Of a stretch of 64,000 nt of DNA, positions 61,958 through 64,000 are shown piece after piece. The notes under the pieces were generated by a model, which made no database searches, had not been told where the DNA came from, and worked only from the letters and a program-made list of their open reading frames with translations. The stretch's first letter is position 1. Each line of letters begins with the position of its first letter. The stretch is from positions 1 through 64,000 of the IMG/VR virus record IMGVR_UViG_3300048502_000089. One strand, given 5' to 3'. The stretch comes from a virus. Taxonomy: Duplodnaviria > Caudoviricetes. The position numbers were made by a program, and so were the translations under genes.

Positions 61958-64000
61958 CTACCTCGAGGGCTGCTTGAGCTGGAAAGCGATTTGTCGGCCT
62001 TGTGTGCCACCATCGACAGCCGGCAGAATTGGATTGGATTCAACATGAATATGTTGATCTCCTTGGACGACTGTACCACCAGAATCGAATGAAGGAGTAT
62101 TCGGGCCACCAGCAAGAATCGCCGGCCCTGTGCTTGCTATTTGGCCCGGCGCTCCAGTACCAGCAAGCCCTGGGTTAGATGGATTGGCCACACCCAGCGA
62201 AGAAGCGATGGCTGGGACAAGACCGCCCATCCCCGTGAAGATTGCATCACGGAAGTCAGAGAAAGCTGTAGATGTAAACGACTGTGGTTGAGTGAGCTGC
62301 CCATTCAATGTATTGATAGCAATCGTGTTGTTCTCTATGGCCTCATTATTCGATGTCAGCGAACCAATAAGGTTCTCGAACTCTGCGACCTGAGCTGGGT
62401 CCATCCCAGATTCCATCTGTGGGAGATTCACCCCGGATATGAAGTTAGCAAACTCTGTCGGGCTCATCCCTTGCACATTCAGACCAAAGTCTGAATTCAG
62501 TGTAGAAGACAAACCAGCATTAGTCTGTTGAAGAGATTGGTTTTGCCCTTGGTAAGTCTGCAACATAGCTGGAATGTCGAGGTTGCCGGTCGCCGTACCA
62601 GCCGCTTGGATGATCTGCCCTAGGCCGCCGTAAATACCACTAGAGAATTGGCCTCGAGCCTGGAGGTAGCTCGCTGCGGCATTGTCTGTAGCAGCAGTAT
62701 TGTCAGTAAGAGCTTGTGTGTTTGTTGCAAGATCAGTGTCGAGTCCATCAAGTGACTGAATGATCGTGGCGACAGCTCCCTGGTTGCCTGACTGGATCGC
62801 TTGCCCGAGGATCGAGCTCGCTGTGATCCCGTAATTGCCCATCGTGGCGGAAGTAAGAGTGCTACCACCAGGAGCCGTCTGAGCGGCTGTCAAACCTTGG
62901 ATGTCTGCTCCTGCGTTCCCGGTGTACCCAATGATCTGAGATGTGTCACTGTTGATGGCATTGGTGTAGGACGAAGCGCTAAGTGCGCCGGCGAGTGAGA
63001 AATTCCCCTGGCTTGTAGCAACACTAGCGAGCCCAGAGAGCATCGTCGTCCTCGAGCTGTCCGTCTGCGCAGCTTGCTGAATCGCGGAGATAGCATCTTG
63101 GATCGCCTGCGCGGTGTATTGGGTGATCGATGAATTGAGCTGATCGATCTGCTGTTGGATTTGAGCCGCAGTCGTCGTGTCTCCCATCGCAGTAGCCCGC
63201 TGCAGTGCATCCTCCAAAGCAGACACTTGATTACGCGCTGAGTCTGCGAGAGCATTATCGACAGCCGGCAGCAAGTTGAATTGCCCAAGTGTCTGTTCAC
63301 TGCTCTGCGTCGACTGTAGCCCGGCCTGCTGTGTCTGGTAGACATTCGAGATAGCAGTGATCTCATCCTGCACTGACTGCTGTTCAGCTTGATACGTCGA
63401 CTGAAGATTTGTAGCCATCTGGTCGCCAAGATTGGACAGATCAGTCTGAGCTCGCGTATATTCTGAATTGAGCTGTGTAAGAGCAGCCTTCCTCTTCGCA
63501 GCATTTTTGATCAGCTTTGATTGACCAATCTTCCCAGTAATAGAAGAGATCGTCTTCTTGAGAAAGCTTTGCTGTTCTTGCATGTTGACCATCTGATCTT
63601 CGTATGACTTGACGATGGTCGCGTCACCAGCTCCAGATTGGTTGACGACAATGTTTGGACTCCCAGCGGGACCACCAATACCTGAGCTGACCATCGTAAA
63701 TCCAGCGGCCCCGGCTGTAGTGGCTGTGACAGTACCAGAGCTACTAACCTTGTAACCAGCACGCTCACCAGCATCCGTCAAATTCTGCTGAATCGTTTGG
63801 AAAGTGCTCGAGACGTATTGCTCATATGTCGACAGAGCATTTGAGATCCACGTCGTATATCCAGTGATTACGCCAGCCCTCTGCGCAGCAATACTCGCTT
63901 TAGTATTGAACTGCTGCAAACCGTTCTTGAGTGCACTGAAAATCTTCGCCATCACAGTGAGTCCAGTAGTCAGGTCAATTCCTGAAAGACTTGCCACTGT
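61958..64000 (-). CDS. Tape measure protein, C-terminal part (5' end outside window)
   Basis: Open at window edge; Q/A/S/T-rich helical; upstream of Dit. Confidence 0.75.
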   Translation of the reverse strand, partial: TVASLSGIDLTTGLTVMAKIFSALKNGLQQFNTKASIAAQRAGVITGYTTWISNALSTYEQYVSSTFQTIQQNLTDAGERAGYKVSSSGTVTATTAGAAGFTMVSSGIGGPAGSPNIVVNQSGAGDATIVKSYEDQMVNMQEQQSFLKKTISSITGKIGQSKLIKNAAKRKAALTQLNSEYTRAQTDLSNLGDQMATNLQSTYQAEQQSVQDEITAISNVYQTQQAGLQSTQSSEQTLGQFNLLPAVDNALADSARNQVSALEDALQRATAMGDTTTAAQIQQQIDQLNSSITQYTAQAIQDAISAIQQAAQTDSSRTTMLSGLASVATSQGNFSLAGALSASSYTNAINSDTSQIIGYTGNAGADIQGLTAAQTAPGGSTLTSATMGNYGITASSILGQAIQSGNQGAVATIIQSLDGLDTDLATNTQALTDNTAATDNAAASYLQARGQFSSGIYGGLGQIIQAAGTATGNLDIPAMLQTYQGQNQSLQQTNAGLSSTLNSDFGLNVQGMSPTEFANFISGVNLPQMESGMDPAQVAEFENLIGSLTSNNEAIENNTIAINTLNGQLTQPQSFTSTAFSDFRDAIFTGMGGLVPAIASSLGVANPSNPGLAGTGAPGQIASTGPAILAGGPNTPSFDSGGTVVQGDQHIHVESNPILPAVDGGTQGRQIAFQLKQPSR

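Noticed and set aside
1-64000. Full-length tRNA genes, and DNA hypermodification pathways (PurZ, Dpd/Que, hmC)
   Set aside because: No complete cloverleaf with an anticodon arm, and no recognisable genes for these pathways

Overview
The window is about 64 kb of a tailed dsDNA phage genome (siphovirus-like tail; probably temperate) with an actinobacterial host. A Thermoleophilia/Solirubrobacterales host is inferred from a nucleoid-protein family I recall from that group; this is not database-checked. Bases 1-25 are a SMART/PacBio-type amplification adapter, not biology. 0.03-0.9 kb is a non-coding, repeat-rich end region. 0.9-18.7 kb (+ strand) is an early/accessory arm: about 20 small unknown ORFs sharing a GAAAGCGAG start-associated motif, then an FtsK-like ATPase, tyrosine integrase, JAB/M67 peptidase, HTH regulator, a secreted SLT/Rpf-like transglycosylase and small membrane proteins. 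18.8-64 kb is almost all on the - strand. Reading from the right end: tape measure (partial), Dit and tail-tip proteins, SF2 helicase, RNase H, a glycosyl/acetyltransferase cluster, holin and DUF1906 endolysin; then MerR-like HTH, DnaB, primase, SSB, HNH-AP2, ThyX, DnaE (HNH intein), RecA, Cas4-like exonuclease, RuvC and a C5 methyltransferase; then TerS, TerL, a portal-MuF fusion with an intein, and a histone-like protein. No major capsid gene, CRISPR array or complete tRNA was seen. The most notable unexplained signals are: a dispersed operator palindrome TTAGCAG-N10-CTGCTAA; a non-canonical bulged-SD motif restricted to the left arm; two tRNA-mimic RNA candidates (an acceptor/T-arm minihelix at 1481-1529 and a permuted YrlA-like cloverleaf at 18689-18767); the portal intein with a GIY-YIG-like nuclease; a 12 x 35-aa Pro/Arg repeat in a tail protein; and a CTCGAG/CTAG compositional split. 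All annotations are by-eye motif recognition with no database searches.
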